A stretch of 64,000 nucleotides of DNA, taken from a phage. The translations under genes were made by a program, and so were the position numbers. The notes under the pieces are model-generated. The model was not told the DNA's origin and searched no databases. It saw only the letters and a program-made list of their open reading frames with translations. This document shows positions 1 through 9,008 of the stretch, piece after piece. The number at the start of each line of letters is the position of its first letter. The stretch's first letter is position 1. The stretch lies in the sequence record PZ452582.1; one strand, given 5' to 3'.

Positions 1-2
1 TG

Positions 3-371
3 TACGCGGATTATCAGGCTAATCCATCTGAAAAGCCAGATTGCCAAATTGGATGGGCTCATGATACCCTGCTTGAAGCAGTAGATGCTGCTCAAAAATT
101 AGGATATAGTTATGTAGATATTGTTCAACCTGGTGGAACAGTTATTACTCTTGAAGAGTTTAATAATATTAAACCAAACTTTTTACTTTTTGCAGGTGAT
201 AATTATTATCCTCGTGGTGGATATGCTGATTTAATCGCGAAAGCCGCTACCGAAGATGAACTCCGTGATATTATCAAAGAAAATGAAAACAAACCGATGT
301 ATGGTTCTAATCGCTTTGATTGGTGGCAAATTGTAAATGCCCACACTCATACTATTGTTGATGAAGGCTGA
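3..371 (+). CDS. hypothetical protein, C-terminal fragment (5' end outside window)
   Basis: Open frame from window edge to TGA at 369-371; stop overlaps next start (TGATAATG); phage-like codon usage. Confidence 0.45.
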   Translation, partial: YADYQANPSEKPDCQIGWAHDTLLEAVDAAQKLGYSYVDIVQPGGTVITLEEFNNIKPNFLLFAGDNYYPRGGYADLIAKAATEDELRDIIKENENKPMYGSNRFDWWQIVNAHTHTIVDEG

Positions 372-373
372 TA

Positions 374-661
374 ATGATTCTTTATGCTAAAGTATCATCC
401 ATTGAAAATGGATATAAATATGATCAAGACGCGGCTAAAGCCTTGATTGATGATTATGGCGTTTTAACATGTTTTGAAGTTGAAAAGGTTTATGTTGACC
501 GTTCATCTTCTCAAGTTAAATTAGTGAAGGAAGACCGTAAATTTAATACAGTAAATTTTGATTTCTTTATTGAAACAGAAAAAGGTCCTCTTGAATATGA
601 TATTTTCAAGAATCCTTTGGGTCTTGAATGCATCGTAAATATGTATTATCATAAATGGTAA
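374..661 (+). CDS. hypothetical protein (95 aa)
   Basis: ATG ORF coupled to upstream stop; no recognisable motifs. Confidence 0.45.
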   Translation: MILYAKVSSIENGYKYDQDAAKALIDDYGVLTCFEVEKVYVDRSSSQVKLVKEDRKFNTVNFDFFIETEKGPLEYDIFKNPLGLECIVNMYYHKW

Positions 662-758
662 ATATGCTTTAAGAATTATTTGTTATTATTAACTCATACC
701 GCACTGATTAATACCCTCTATCATCAAGGGTTCTTGTTTGAGAGCCTTTGTTAATAAT

Positions 759-831
759 TGGGAATTAGCCAAGTTGGTAAGGCATAGCACTTTGACTGCT
801 AGATGCAAAGGTTCGAGTCCTTTATTCCCAG
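759..831 (+). tRNA. tRNA-Gln (anticodon UUG)
   Basis: Cloverleaf: acceptor tgggaat/attccca, anticodon loop cTTTGAc... read as UUG at 792-794, T-loop ttcgagt. Confidence 0.85.
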
Positions 832-832
832 C

Positions 833-919
833 GCGAGAATGGTCAAATTGGTAAAGGCACAGCACTTAAAATGCTGCGGAATGATTTCCTTGTGGGTTCG
901 AGTCCCACTTCTCGCACCA
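833..919 (+). tRNA. tRNA-Leu (anticodon UAA), class II with long variable arm, CCA encoded
   Basis: Acceptor gcgagaa/ttctcgc, anticodon loop cttaaaa, T-loop ttcgagt, 3' CCA. Confidence 0.85.
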
Positions 920-924
920 AATTT

Positions 925-998
<74 letters not shown>

Positions 999-1008
999 AT
1001 TTAATTTA

Positions 1009-1082
1009 CTCCGTGTAGCTCAGTTTGGTAGAGCGCCTGATTTGGGATCAGGAGGTCCAAGGTTCAAATCCTTGTATGGAGA
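1009..1082 (+). tRNA. tRNA-Pro (anticodon UGG)
   Basis: Acceptor ctccgtg/tatggag (G-U pairs), anticodon stem cctga/tcagg loop tttggga, T-loop ttcaaat. Confidence 0.8.
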
Positions 1083-1084
1083 CT

Positions 1085-1174
1085 GGAGGCGTGGCAGAGT
1101 GGTTTAATGCACCGGTCTTGAAAACCGGCAGTCGCTCCGGCGACTCATAGGTTCAAATCCTATCGCCTCCGCCA
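1085..1174 (+). tRNA. tRNA-Ser (anticodon UGA), class II
   Basis: Acceptor ggaggcg/cgcctcc, anticodon loop cttgaaa, long variable arm, T-loop ttcaaat, CCA encoded. Confidence 0.85.
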
Positions 1175-1179
1175 GTTTT

Positions 1180-1255
1180 GCTGATTTAGCTCAGTAGGTA
1201 GAGCAACTCACTTGTAATGAGAAGGTCGGCGGTTCGATTCCGTCAATCAGCGCCA
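1180..1255 (+). tRNA. tRNA-Thr (anticodon UGU)
   Basis: Acceptor gctgatt/aatcagc, anticodon stem actca/tgaga loop cttgtaa, T-loop ttcgatt, CCA encoded. Confidence 0.85.
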
Positions 1256-1256
1256 A

Positions 1257-1331
1257 GGCCCTGTAGCTGGAAGGTTCAAGCAAGCGACTCATAATCGCCA
1301 GATGGTGGTTCAATTCCACCCAGGGCCACCA
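1257..1331 (+). tRNA. tRNA with CAU anticodon (Ile2 by T4 analogy, or Met)
   Basis: Acceptor ggccctg/cagggcc, anticodon loop ctcataa, T-loop ttcaatt; T4 has an AUA-reading tRNA-Ile here (from memory). Confidence 0.75.
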
Positions 1332-1340
1332 AATTAATTT

Positions 1341-1427
1341 GGGGAGTTATCCCGTAGAGGTAGCGGTGTGGACTGTAAATTCATTGTCATTGCGACTCGG
1401 GTGGTTCGACTCCATCACTCCCCACCA
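1341..1427 (+). tRNA. tRNA-Tyr (anticodon GUA), class II
   Basis: Anticodon loop ctgtaaa and variable arm gtcattgcgactc closely match recalled E. coli tRNA-Tyr; acceptor ggggagt/actcccc; weak anticodon stem. Confidence 0.65.
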
Positions 1428-1431
1428 ATTT

Positions 1432-1506
1432 GGATGTGTAGCTCAATGGCAGAGCGATCGCCTGTTAAGCGATTGGTTATAGGTTCGAATCCTATCACGT
1501 CCGCCA
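1432..1506 (+). tRNA. tRNA-Asn (anticodon GUU)
   Basis: Acceptor ggatgtg/cacgtcc, anticodon stem atcgc/gcgat loop ctgttaa, T-loop ttcgaat, CCA encoded. Confidence 0.75.
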
Positions 1507-1620
1507 AATTTGTGACAACTGTCACATTAATATCTACTTGACGCGATTATAGGGGTTGAACTGATCACTCTTCTCTTAATTTCGTGTGAAGACATCTTGA
1601 TTGTTGGAGTAGGTATTAAT

Positions 1621-1696
1621 GTGGCCGTAGTTCAGTTGGTAGAACTCGAGATTGTGATTCTCGTAGTCATGGGTTCGACTCCCATCGGTCACCCCA
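1621..1696 (+). tRNA. tRNA-His (anticodon GUG)
   Basis: Acceptor gtggccg/cggtcac, anticodon stem cgaga/tctcg loop ttgtgat, T-loop ttcgact, CCA encoded. Confidence 0.75.
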
Positions 1697-1700
1697 ATTA

Positions 1701-1776
1701 CGGGGCATAGCTCAGAAGGAAGAGCAAGGACCTTCTAAGTCCTAGGTCGTAGGTTCGATCCCTACTGCCTCGACCA
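1701..1776 (+). tRNA. tRNA-Arg (anticodon UCU)
   Basis: Acceptor cggggca/tgcctcg, anticodon stem aggac/gtcct loop cttctaa, T-loop ttcgatc, CCA encoded. Confidence 0.85.
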
Positions 1777-1794
1777 ATTATAAGTGAGGAAAAT

Positions 1795-2145
1795 ATGAAA
1801 GGTAATGTTTATTTAGTAGTTCATGATTTAACATTTTACTTCAATGAATATGAAAAACATATCTCATTTCGTGAAATTAATTTACTTTATCAACATGCGG
1901 ATTATATTTATATTCAAAACGAATTTGGTCATTGGCAATTTCTCAAAAATCGTTCATTTGGCTTAGATGGTTACGAATATTTTGAACGTAAAGACCTTTT
2001 AGATAAAATTCCGTTATCTACACAATATCAAAATCACAAATCTTTATATAAATGCCGTCCAATTCGAAATGTTGAATCCGCGTATGAAGCAATTGATTTA
2101 TGGCGTGAACGCCGTAAACAGATTGATGCTTTAAAAGAATATTAA
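1795..2145 (+). CDS. hypothetical protein (116 aa)
   Basis: ATG with SD gtgagga 8 nt upstream, directly after tRNA-Arg. Confidence 0.6.
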   Translation: MKGNVYLVVHDLTFYFNEYEKHISFREINLLYQHADYIYIQNEFGHWQFLKNRSFGLDGYEYFERKDLLDKIPLSTQYQNHKSLYKCRPIRNVESAYEAIDLWRERRKQIDALKEY

Positions 2146-2454
2146 GAAACCGGGTCGCTACCGGTAAGTCGTCGGACTGATGTTCCCTGAGTAAGGAATT
2201 GCGTTAATAATCTTTGCGTTTATTGATGCCCTCTTACATCACAGCAGAAACGGCGCACCGAATTATCGATTCGAGGAAATATCTTTGCCGTAAGCCGAGT
2301 AGCGTTTTTGACGGAACGTTCGGATATGGTCGAGATATGGCCTTTTAAAAATATTGAGTAGCGTCAACTGCTTAATAACCGGGTTCGAATCCCGGCGTTT
2401 CGTACAAACACTTGCCTTAGCAGGTGGAACCCCGACAAGGTTGCCGCAAGGCTT
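2146..2454 (+). ncRNA. putative stable RNA(s) with tRNA-like T-arm; candidate counterpart of T4 species 1/2 RNAs
   Basis: About 300 nt GC-rich with no ORF, hairpins (accgggtcgctaccggt), T-arm-like gggttcgaatccc, ends at an intrinsic terminator. Confidence 0.4.
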
Positions 2455-2482
2455 AGCCCCGACCGAAAGGTTGGGGCTTTTT
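2455..2482 (+). terminator. rho-independent terminator
   Basis: agccccgacc-gaaa-ggttggggct stem followed by TTTTT. Confidence 0.7.
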
Positions 2483-2484
2483 GG

Positions 2485-2492
2485 TATAAATA
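2485..2492 (+). promoter_or_regulatory. T4-type late promoter core TATAAATA
   Basis: Exact TATAAATA about 40 nt upstream of the CTS-bearing ORF at 2533. Confidence 0.5.
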
Positions 2493-2532
2493 TAGTAGTA
2501 TATTAAATCCACGAATTAAAACAGGAAATAAG

Positions 2533-2706
2533 ATGAAATCATATACTCAATTTTTAAATGAAGCGGTGTTAAATGAAGCATCTAGCACCGAAATTCAAGC
2601 TGTCGCAAAAGCAGCCATTGCAGCGGGTAAATATTCTTATAAAGATGCTTCTGATGAATCGCGATTCCAGTTCGCACGCGACATGAAAGCGGAAGGATTT
2701 ACGTGA
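2533..2706 (+). CDS. small protein (57 aa) with capsid-targeting-sequence-like N-terminus (candidate internal protein)
   Basis: N-terminus MKSYTQFLNEA resembles T4 internal-protein CTS MKTYQEFIAEA; SD agga; late promoter upstream. Confidence 0.5.
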   Translation: MKSYTQFLNEAVLNEASSTEIQAVAKAAIAAGKYSYKDASDESRFQFARDMKAEGFT

Positions 2707-2718
2707 AATGCAGTTAGT

Positions 2719-3006
2719 ATGGCCTGGAAAAGTTTAGTTGCTACTGGAGCTGCTTTTGCAAAGGCTTCAGGTAAACCTGCTCCTAAGGCTGACCCTAAAG
2801 CAGCACAAGAAAAAAATATTGCTAAAGGAATTATCTCTAGGTATGAAGCAATTCTTAAAGAACTTTTGATAATTAAGACCGAAGGCCAGAAACTTGCGCG
2901 AGCTCATAGTTTCAAAGATAACCCACATGCTCACTCTCTTGAGTATGTTGAAGACATCCAAAAAATTATTAAAGACCGCATTTGGTCTGCTAAACAAATC
3001 AAATAA
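2719..3006 (+). CDS. hypothetical protein (95 aa), Lys/Ala-rich N-terminus
   Basis: ATG ORF ending just before a terminator hairpin. Confidence 0.55.
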   Translation: MAWKSLVATGAAFAKASGKPAPKADPKAAQEKNIAKGIISRYEAILKELLIIKTEGQKLARAHSFKDNPHAHSLEYVEDIQKIIKDRIWSAKQIK

Positions 3007-3013
3007 CATTCTT

Positions 3014-3042
3014 AGCCCCGACCAAAAGGTTGGGGCTTTTTG
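3014..3042 (+). terminator. rho-independent terminator (second copy of the 2455 hairpin)
   Basis: agccccgacc-aaaa-ggttggggct plus TTTTT; near-identical to 2455-2482. Confidence 0.7.
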
Positions 3043-3133
3043 GTATCTAGGCCTTTCCGGGCCTCTCTAGACATCATTTAGTTTCTACCCTTTATAATAT
3101 ATTATCCTATCTTTTAATTGCCCCTCCCTGCCC

Positions 3134-3250
3134 TAGAATTCCCCAAAACTTTTTAAAAATTTTTTCACAAAACAGTTTACATCCTTACCCTTCCATGGTA
3201 CTATACAACTATCAACTACTGATACAGAAAACAACTTGGAGAATGAAATG
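3134..3250 (+). repeat. promoter-leader cassette copy A (PeSL-like), near-identical to 46217-46316
   Basis: Shared tagaattcc...ttttcacaaaac(a/t)gtttaca...ccatggtactatacaactatcaactactgatacag...ttggagaat(g/a)aaatg. Confidence 0.7.
3176..3204 (+). promoter_or_regulatory. early sigma70-type promoter (TTTACA-17-TACTAT, A/T-rich UP region)
   Basis: GTTTAC -35 motif typical of T4 early promoters; 17 bp spacer. Confidence 0.7.
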
Positions 3251-3511
3251 GATAATTACGGCGAACTGTTCAACTTCTTTATGAAATGTGTTTCAGAAGA
3301 TTTTGGTCGTACAGTGAATGATATTAAAGTTATCGGTCCTGATCATCCGATGTTTGAAACTTACGCAGTAATGGGTAATGAAGATGGTCAGTGGTATACT
3401 GTAAAGGTTGTGATTAACATGTTCACTGCTGAAGGTTATGTTAAACTGTCTTCTAAAGTTTACCATGATAACGATGAAATCGCAGAAGAATATTTCAATA
3501 ATATGAAATAA
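3248..3511 (+). CDS. hypothetical protein (87 aa)
   Basis: Track ORF starts at TTG 3236; ATG 3248 has SD GGAG 6 nt upstream. Confidence 0.6.
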   Translation: MDNYGELFNFFMKCVSEDFGRTVNDIKVIGPDHPMFETYAVMGNEDGQWYTVKVVINMFTAEGYVKLSSKVYHDNDEIAEEYFNNMK

Positions 3512-3512
3512 G

Positions 3513-3541
3513 TTTACACAGGCTCATGATTGAGATATTAT
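3513..3541 (+). promoter_or_regulatory. early promoter (TTTACA-17-TATTAT) with 8 bp inverted repeat bracketing the -10
   Basis: GTTTAC motif; aggctcat (3520-3527) and atgagcct (3540-3547) flank the -10 hexamer. Confidence 0.6.
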
Positions 3542-3567
3542 GAGCCTATAACTTTGAGGAGAACATT

Positions 3568-3900
3568 ATGAAACGTAACTTTAGTAAAGCTTTTTGTAAT
3601 AGAAATTATTATCCTGAAGAGCTTTTTGAATCTAAGGACTTTAAAGAGTTTAACGAACGTTCTCAAAACATGCCTGTACAATGGGTGTTAGATTATGCCA
3701 AACGTATCTTTGAAGGTGTACGTTGGTTCAGTCCTGATGATGAAGCCCCATATTTTCAAAGGGCATGGTCTATAGTCAATCAAGCTTATATTGATGCTTT
3801 AGAAAATATTAATATTATGGATGATGATGCTTTGTTAATCATCGATGAGTCTATTAATAGTAGTATCGATAAATTTATTGATGAATTGGACGAAGAATAA
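3568..3900 (+). CDS. hypothetical protein (110 aa)
   Basis: ATG with SD gaggag. Confidence 0.65.
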   Translation: MKRNFSKAFCNRNYYPEELFESKDFKEFNERSQNMPVQWVLDYAKRIFEGVRWFSPDDEAPYFQRAWSIVNQAYIDALENINIMDDDALLIIDESINSSIDKFIDELDEE

Positions 3901-3901
3901 G

Positions 3902-3930
3902 TTTACAAACTCTTGGGAGTAGAGTATAAT
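3902..3930 (+). promoter_or_regulatory. early promoter (TTTACA-17-TATAAT) with inverted repeat gggagta/tactccc around the -10
   Basis: Consensus -10 and GTTTAC -35; inverted repeat 3915-3936. Confidence 0.7.
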
Positions 3931-3975
3931 ACTCCCACGGATTATAAAAACCCTTAATTAACTAAAGGAAATGCT

Positions 3976-4569
3976 ATGAACATGCTGAAGAAAATTGTTG
4001 AGTTTATTCGCACTAAACTTGGTTCTGCTATGGCTAAAAATTTATCTGTTGAAGAACAGTATACTGCTGCGGCAGCAAAACTACTTGATAAGATTAAAGA
4101 TCTAAAAACTGCTTCTGTTAAATCTATTAATGAAGAAAAACGTATTCGTGAACTTATTGTCGAAAAGAATCGACAGGCCGAATCAAAAGAGCGTGAAATT
4201 CGCAAGCTTCTTTCTGAAGGTCAAGATGTAACAATGCATGCTAAACTCGGCTTGCTATATCGTCGAACAGCTGAACAGTTGACTACTAAAGCTGATGGTT
4301 ATGCTGAAATGCGAATTGAAATCGCCAAGAAAGTAGTTGAATTGGATGATGCTCGCCAAGAACTTGCAGTTAAATTGGAATATATCCGTGAAACTCGTGC
4401 AGCAAATGCCCTTGGAATTAGTACTGCTGATGATGTAGTTGAAATTGCAGCGCTAACTAAAGTTGATATTGAAGATACTCTCGCCCGAGTTGAAACCTTT
4501 AATGGTAATATTTCTGGGGTTGAAACTACCTCTGCCGATGTTCAGGAATATATTAATTCTCTGAAATAA
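3976..4569 (+). CDS. coiled-coil protein (197 aa), possibly PspA/IM30-like
   Basis: SD aagga; Lys/Glu-rich heptad-like sequence; PspA resemblance is tentative. Confidence 0.6.
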   Translation: MNMLKKIVEFIRTKLGSAMAKNLSVEEQYTAAAAKLLDKIKDLKTASVKSINEEKRIRELIVEKNRQAESKEREIRKLLSEGQDVTMHAKLGLLYRRTAEQLTTKADGYAEMRIEIAKKVVELDDARQELAVKLEYIRETRAANALGISTADDVVEIAALTKVDIEDTLARVETFNGNISGVETTSADVQEYINSLK

Positions 4570-4610
4570 TGATAAGGGGCTTCGGCCCCTATTACTTGGA
4601 GTAAGTAGGA

Positions 4611-5216
4611 ATGAAAATGCAAAGTGATTTCAATTCAATGTTTGAAGAGTTCCAAAGACAGGTTGATGTTCCAGACCAATTATTAAATGCTCTTAAACGT
4701 ATGGCAGAAGGACGTAATTATTATTGGGGTTCTTCATATGAAACTGATGAAAGTCTTTCTGGATTTTATAAAGGTAAAAAGTCTTTAATACGTCCTGGAA
4801 TACTTATTAACAGTATTGAATCAATTCATTTATTAACATGCGATTTTGACGTTGAATTTACTGATTTTGTTTCTCCTGAATGGACGGTCTGTTATTTAAA
4901 CGACGATTATGATTATCTTGGCGTTTATAGTTTAAGTGATGCATGGTTTAAACGTAATTTACAAAAGTCAAATTTATTCTATATTGATACTACTGTAAAA
5001 TTTCAGGGCAAGAAATATTTCTTTACTCTTATAGTTGATTCTGAAACGAAGCATGAAAATAAACGTATTCTTAGTAAAAAGAATATCTTAACTATTGTCG
5101 ATGATCTTTTTGATAAATTCGTAGAAAATCCCAATTTTGAAAGCGATTTATTATTAGAAAAATTTGTGAAGGAATGCAGAGAATATGTCAAAGCCATCAA
5201 TGTATCTTCCAAGTAA
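4611..5216 (+). CDS. hypothetical protein (201 aa)
   Basis: SD ggagtaagtagga; C-terminal FVKECR motif shared with the three downstream genes. Confidence 0.6.
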   Translation: MKMQSDFNSMFEEFQRQVDVPDQLLNALKRMAEGRNYYWGSSYETDESLSGFYKGKKSLIRPGILINSIESIHLLTCDFDVEFTDFVSPEWTVCYLNDDYDYLGVYSLSDAWFKRNLQKSNLFYIDTTVKFQGKKYFFTLIVDSETKHENKRILSKKNILTIVDDLFDKFVENPNFESDLLLEKFVKECREYVKAINVSSK

Positions 5217-5577
5217 ACCCTTAAAGTATGAATTAAAGCGTCAGATAATTTCTACTGATGTGTTAATAGGTCCTGTGGTAGCTGTATCATTTGTGATTCT
5301 GCTGATTGCTGGAATGGTTATAGACGTTATGACTGATATTGAATCTGGTGCAATATTTGGAGCAACACTAATTCTTCCATTGGTAGTTCCGCTTTTATTA
5401 GTACCTATAAATTGGATAGGATATTGGTATCAAGGAAGACACTATCGTAAACGTGTACGTGATTGGAAAGCTCAGTGTAAAAAGATTAAAAAGGAACATC
5501 AGCTTAAACTTGCTGCGCATGAATTTGATGAAATTATGAAATTTGTTAAGGAATCACGATGCAAAAGCCAAAACTAA
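5185..5577 (+). CDS. small membrane protein (130 aa, two predicted TM helices)
   Basis: Hydrophobic core; basic C-terminus; overlaps upstream gene. Confidence 0.55.
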   Translation: MSKPSMYLPSKPLKYELKRQIISTDVLIGPVVAVSFVILLIAGMVIDVMTDIESGAIFGATLILPLVVPLLLVPINWIGYWYQGRHYRKRVRDWKAQCKKIKKEHQLKLAAHEFDEIMKFVKESRCKSQN

Positions 5578-5921
5578 ATAAAGTCAAATATTCTCTTCCT
5601 GAGGCACTATTAATTCTTGCCGTATCAGCATTTGCAGCTCTTGCGGGTAGTCTTTTTGGATTGTTAATTGACTGTCTTATTTTAAACATTGACGGCACAG
5701 TAAATATAATAGAAGTTTGGAGTGAACTTCACTATACTAAAATTATTTCATTATTTTCATTCTTTGGTACAATGTTATATTTTCATTATGATAATTTTAA
5801 AATAAATTGGCAAAGAAAAAAGGATTACAAAATACAATTAAAGGAATATAATAGCTACATGTCTTATATTGAAAAAGAATCAATGGAAGAGTTTGTGAGT
5901 GATTGTAGGAAAATTAAATGA
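5559..5921 (+). CDS. small membrane protein (120 aa), paralog-like
   Basis: Two hydrophobic segments; C-terminal EEFVSDCRKIK; start overlaps upstream stop. Confidence 0.55.
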   Translation: MQKPKLNKVKYSLPEALLILAVSAFAALAGSLFGLLIDCLILNIDGTVNIIEVWSELHYTKIISLFSFFGTMLYFHYDNFKINWQRKKDYKIQLKEYNSYMSYIEKESMEEFVSDCRKIK

Positions 5922-6402
5922 TTTTAAAAACTCGCTGGTATGATTTAGATGATGGGGATGATGGCATTTCAGTTGATAGAGTTGACTGGAATGGTTGTTC
6001 CGAAGATATGAAAAATTTGTTGATTAGGGAGTTTAGAATGGAATATCAAGCAGCTAAGCCATCTATTATAACAGATGATAAATTCGTGTGTATTCATAAT
6101 GGTCGTGCTAAGTTAACGAACGCTGATTGGTTCACAGATAAAATTATGATTCTGTGGTATATTATTAGTCTTCCTGTGACATCATTCGTATTTTACTTTT
6201 TTATAAAAAATCCAATGGACAGAATAGGAGATTGGATTCTTTTAACCATACTTGTTAATATTTTTACAGCAGCAATATTATCAGGAATATGGTGCATATT
6301 CATTGAAATGCCATGGCGTTTACGCAGACAGCAAAAGATTTTTGATGAAAAGAAATACGCTCAAAATTTAAATAACTTTATCACTGAATGCAGGAAATTA
6401 AA

Positions 6403-6406
<4 letters not shown>
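5918..6406 (+). CDS. membrane protein (162 aa), paralog-like
   Basis: TM segments; C-terminal NNFITECRKLK; ATGA overlap with upstream gene. Confidence 0.55.
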
Positions 6407-7375
<969 letters not shown>

Positions 7376-7380
7376 AGTTG

Positions 7381-7409
7381 TTTACTTTCTCCTAGAATTG
7401 TGATAGTAT
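7381..7409 (+). promoter_or_regulatory. early promoter (TTTACT-17-TAGTAT)
   Basis: GTTTAC motif upstream of denV. Confidence 0.55.
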
Positions 7410-7434
7410 ATTCACAGTTACTTGGAGGGATAAA

Positions 7435-7851
7435 ATGACTCGTATTAATTTGACTTTAGTATCTGAACTTGCTGATCAACATTTAATCGCAGAATACCGT
7501 GAATTGCCACGTGTTTTTGGTATAGTTCGTAAGCATGTGGCAAATGGTAAGCGCGTTAAAGATTTTAAAATATCTTCTAAATTTATTTTAGGTTCTGGTC
7601 ATGTTACTTTCTTTTACGATAAGTTAGAATTTTTGCGAAAGCGTCAATCGGACATTATAACGGAATGCTTAAAACGCGGGTTCAGTATAAAAGATACTGA
7701 AGTTCCTGACATCAGCGATATTCCAGTAGAATGGAAAAATGATTATAATCCATGCAAATCAGCTATTAAATTGAGTCAACAACGACTTGATGAAAAAATT
7801 TTAATGAAACCACATTGGTATAAGTATTACGGTAAAAATATTTACATTTAA
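7435..7851 (+). CDS. denV: endonuclease V (pyrimidine dimer DNA glycosylase)
   Basis: 138 aa, strong similarity to recalled T4 EndoV ([17 protein letters not shown]...[10 protein letters not shown]). Confidence 0.95.
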   Translation: MTRINLTLVSELADQHLIAEYRELPRVFGIVRKHVANGKRVKDFKISSKFILGSGHVTFFYDKLEFLRKRQSDIITECLKRGFSIKDTEVPDISDIPVEWKNDYNPCKSAIKLSQQRLDEKILMKPHWYKYYGKNIYI

Positions 7852-7860
7852 AGGAAACAT

Positions 7861-8334
7861 ATGAAAACATATCAAGAATTTATCACTGAAGCAGCTATTA
7901 ATTCTCAAATTATTGCTGAATCTTTTACTGATCTTTTGAAATTTAAAAAAGGTCAAAAAATCACTGCTGTATTGGATGATGGTACAGAAGTTGAGATGGA
8001 TGTACAGGGATATAATTATGCAGTAGATGGAAAACTGTATAATAAATCTCATGCTAAATTTGATTCATTTGACGACTTTGTTAATACAGTTGAAGATGAA
8101 AAAACTCGTAGATCCATTGCAACTGGTGATGCTAAGGTTCTTATGGCACATGGTCATGAACGCATTCGCGCTAAACAGAATAAAATGGGTGAAGATAATT
8201 TTGCATTAGTTGGTTATCAATCTGGTAAACAAACTTATGGCTATCAACGTACTGCTACCATGTATAATAAAAATGGTAAAATTGCCTTTGTGAATAGTAA
8301 GGGTTCTATTCAGTACGTTAAATCGTTCAAATAA
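7861..8334 (+). CDS. internal protein with capsid targeting sequence (IPII/IPIII family)
   Basis: N-terminus MKTYQEFITEA matches T4 internal-protein CTS; sits at the IP locus next to denV. Confidence 0.7.
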   Translation: MKTYQEFITEAAINSQIIAESFTDLLKFKKGQKITAVLDDGTEVEMDVQGYNYAVDGKLYNKSHAKFDSFDDFVNTVEDEKTRRSIATGDAKVLMAHGHERIRAKQNKMGEDNFALVGYQSGKQTYGYQRTATMYNKNGKIAFVNSKGSIQYVKSFK

Positions 8335-8468
8335 TATGGGAACAGCCTGGACCTCATTTGAGGTATTCCCGCCAACCTGTGATAAGGTCGAGCCAAAGCG
8401 CGGTAATGGGTAATGCAGGAATGGACAATTCATGCGCCACGGAATGGCCCAAATTTAGAGAGAATAAA

Positions 8469-9008
8469 ATGAGAACATTTTTAACTGGTCCTTATCTATC
8501 CCTGATGAATGCTTTTACACACCATTCTGACGCTAGAGTAGAAGAAATTTGTAAAAACGAATATATCCCGCCATTTGAAGAATTACTTAAACAGTACTGC
8601 ACACTTCGTATAGATGGTGGACGTCAATCCGGTAAATCAATTGCTGTGACTAACTTTGCTGCTAATTGGTTGTATGATGGCGGAACAGTTATTGTTCTTT
8701 CTAATACTTCAGCTTACGCTAAAATTTCTGCAAATAACATTAAAAAGGAATTTTCGCGTTATTCTAATGATGATATGCGTTTTCGTTTATTTACTGATTC
8801 TGTGCGCAGTTTTATTGGTAATAAAGGAAGCAAGTTCAGAGGTTTATCGCTTTCGCGAATTTTGTATATAATTGATGAGCCTGTCAAATCTCCTGATATG
8901 GATAAGATTTATAGCGTCCATATTGACACTGTACACTACTGCTGTAATAGTAAATGTTGCATTGGTGGTATTACTCGTCCACAGTTTTTCGTAATCGGAA
9001 TGCAATAA
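8469..9008 (+). CDS. hypothetical P-loop protein (179 aa)
   Basis: Walker A-like GGRQSGKS and Walker B-like LYIIDEP; track ORF extends upstream from TTG 8358 through a GC-rich leader. Confidence 0.5.
   Translation: MRTFLTGPYLSLMNAFTHHSDARVEEICKNEYIPPFEELLKQYCTLRIDGGRQSGKSIAVTNFAANWLYDGGTVIVLSNTSAYAKISANNIKKEFSRYSNDDMRFRLFTDSVRSFIGNKGSKFRGLSLSRILYIIDEPVKSPDMDKIYSVHIDTVHYCCNSKCCIGGITRPQFFVIGMQ

Noticed and set aside
2767-3009. Minus-strand ORF antisense to the 95-aa gene
   Set aside because: Fully antisense to a + strand gene in a genome with uniform + strand coding; low-complexity product; no RBS.
3954-4205. Minus-strand ORF overlapping the coiled-coil gene
   Set aside because: Antisense to a well-supported + strand gene; no start context.
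8358-8468. N-terminal extension of the track ORF 8358-9008 from a TTG start
   Set aside because: No RBS at the TTG; the extension crosses a GC-rich segment; ATG 8469 has a better start context. Kept as a note because the extension is in frame.
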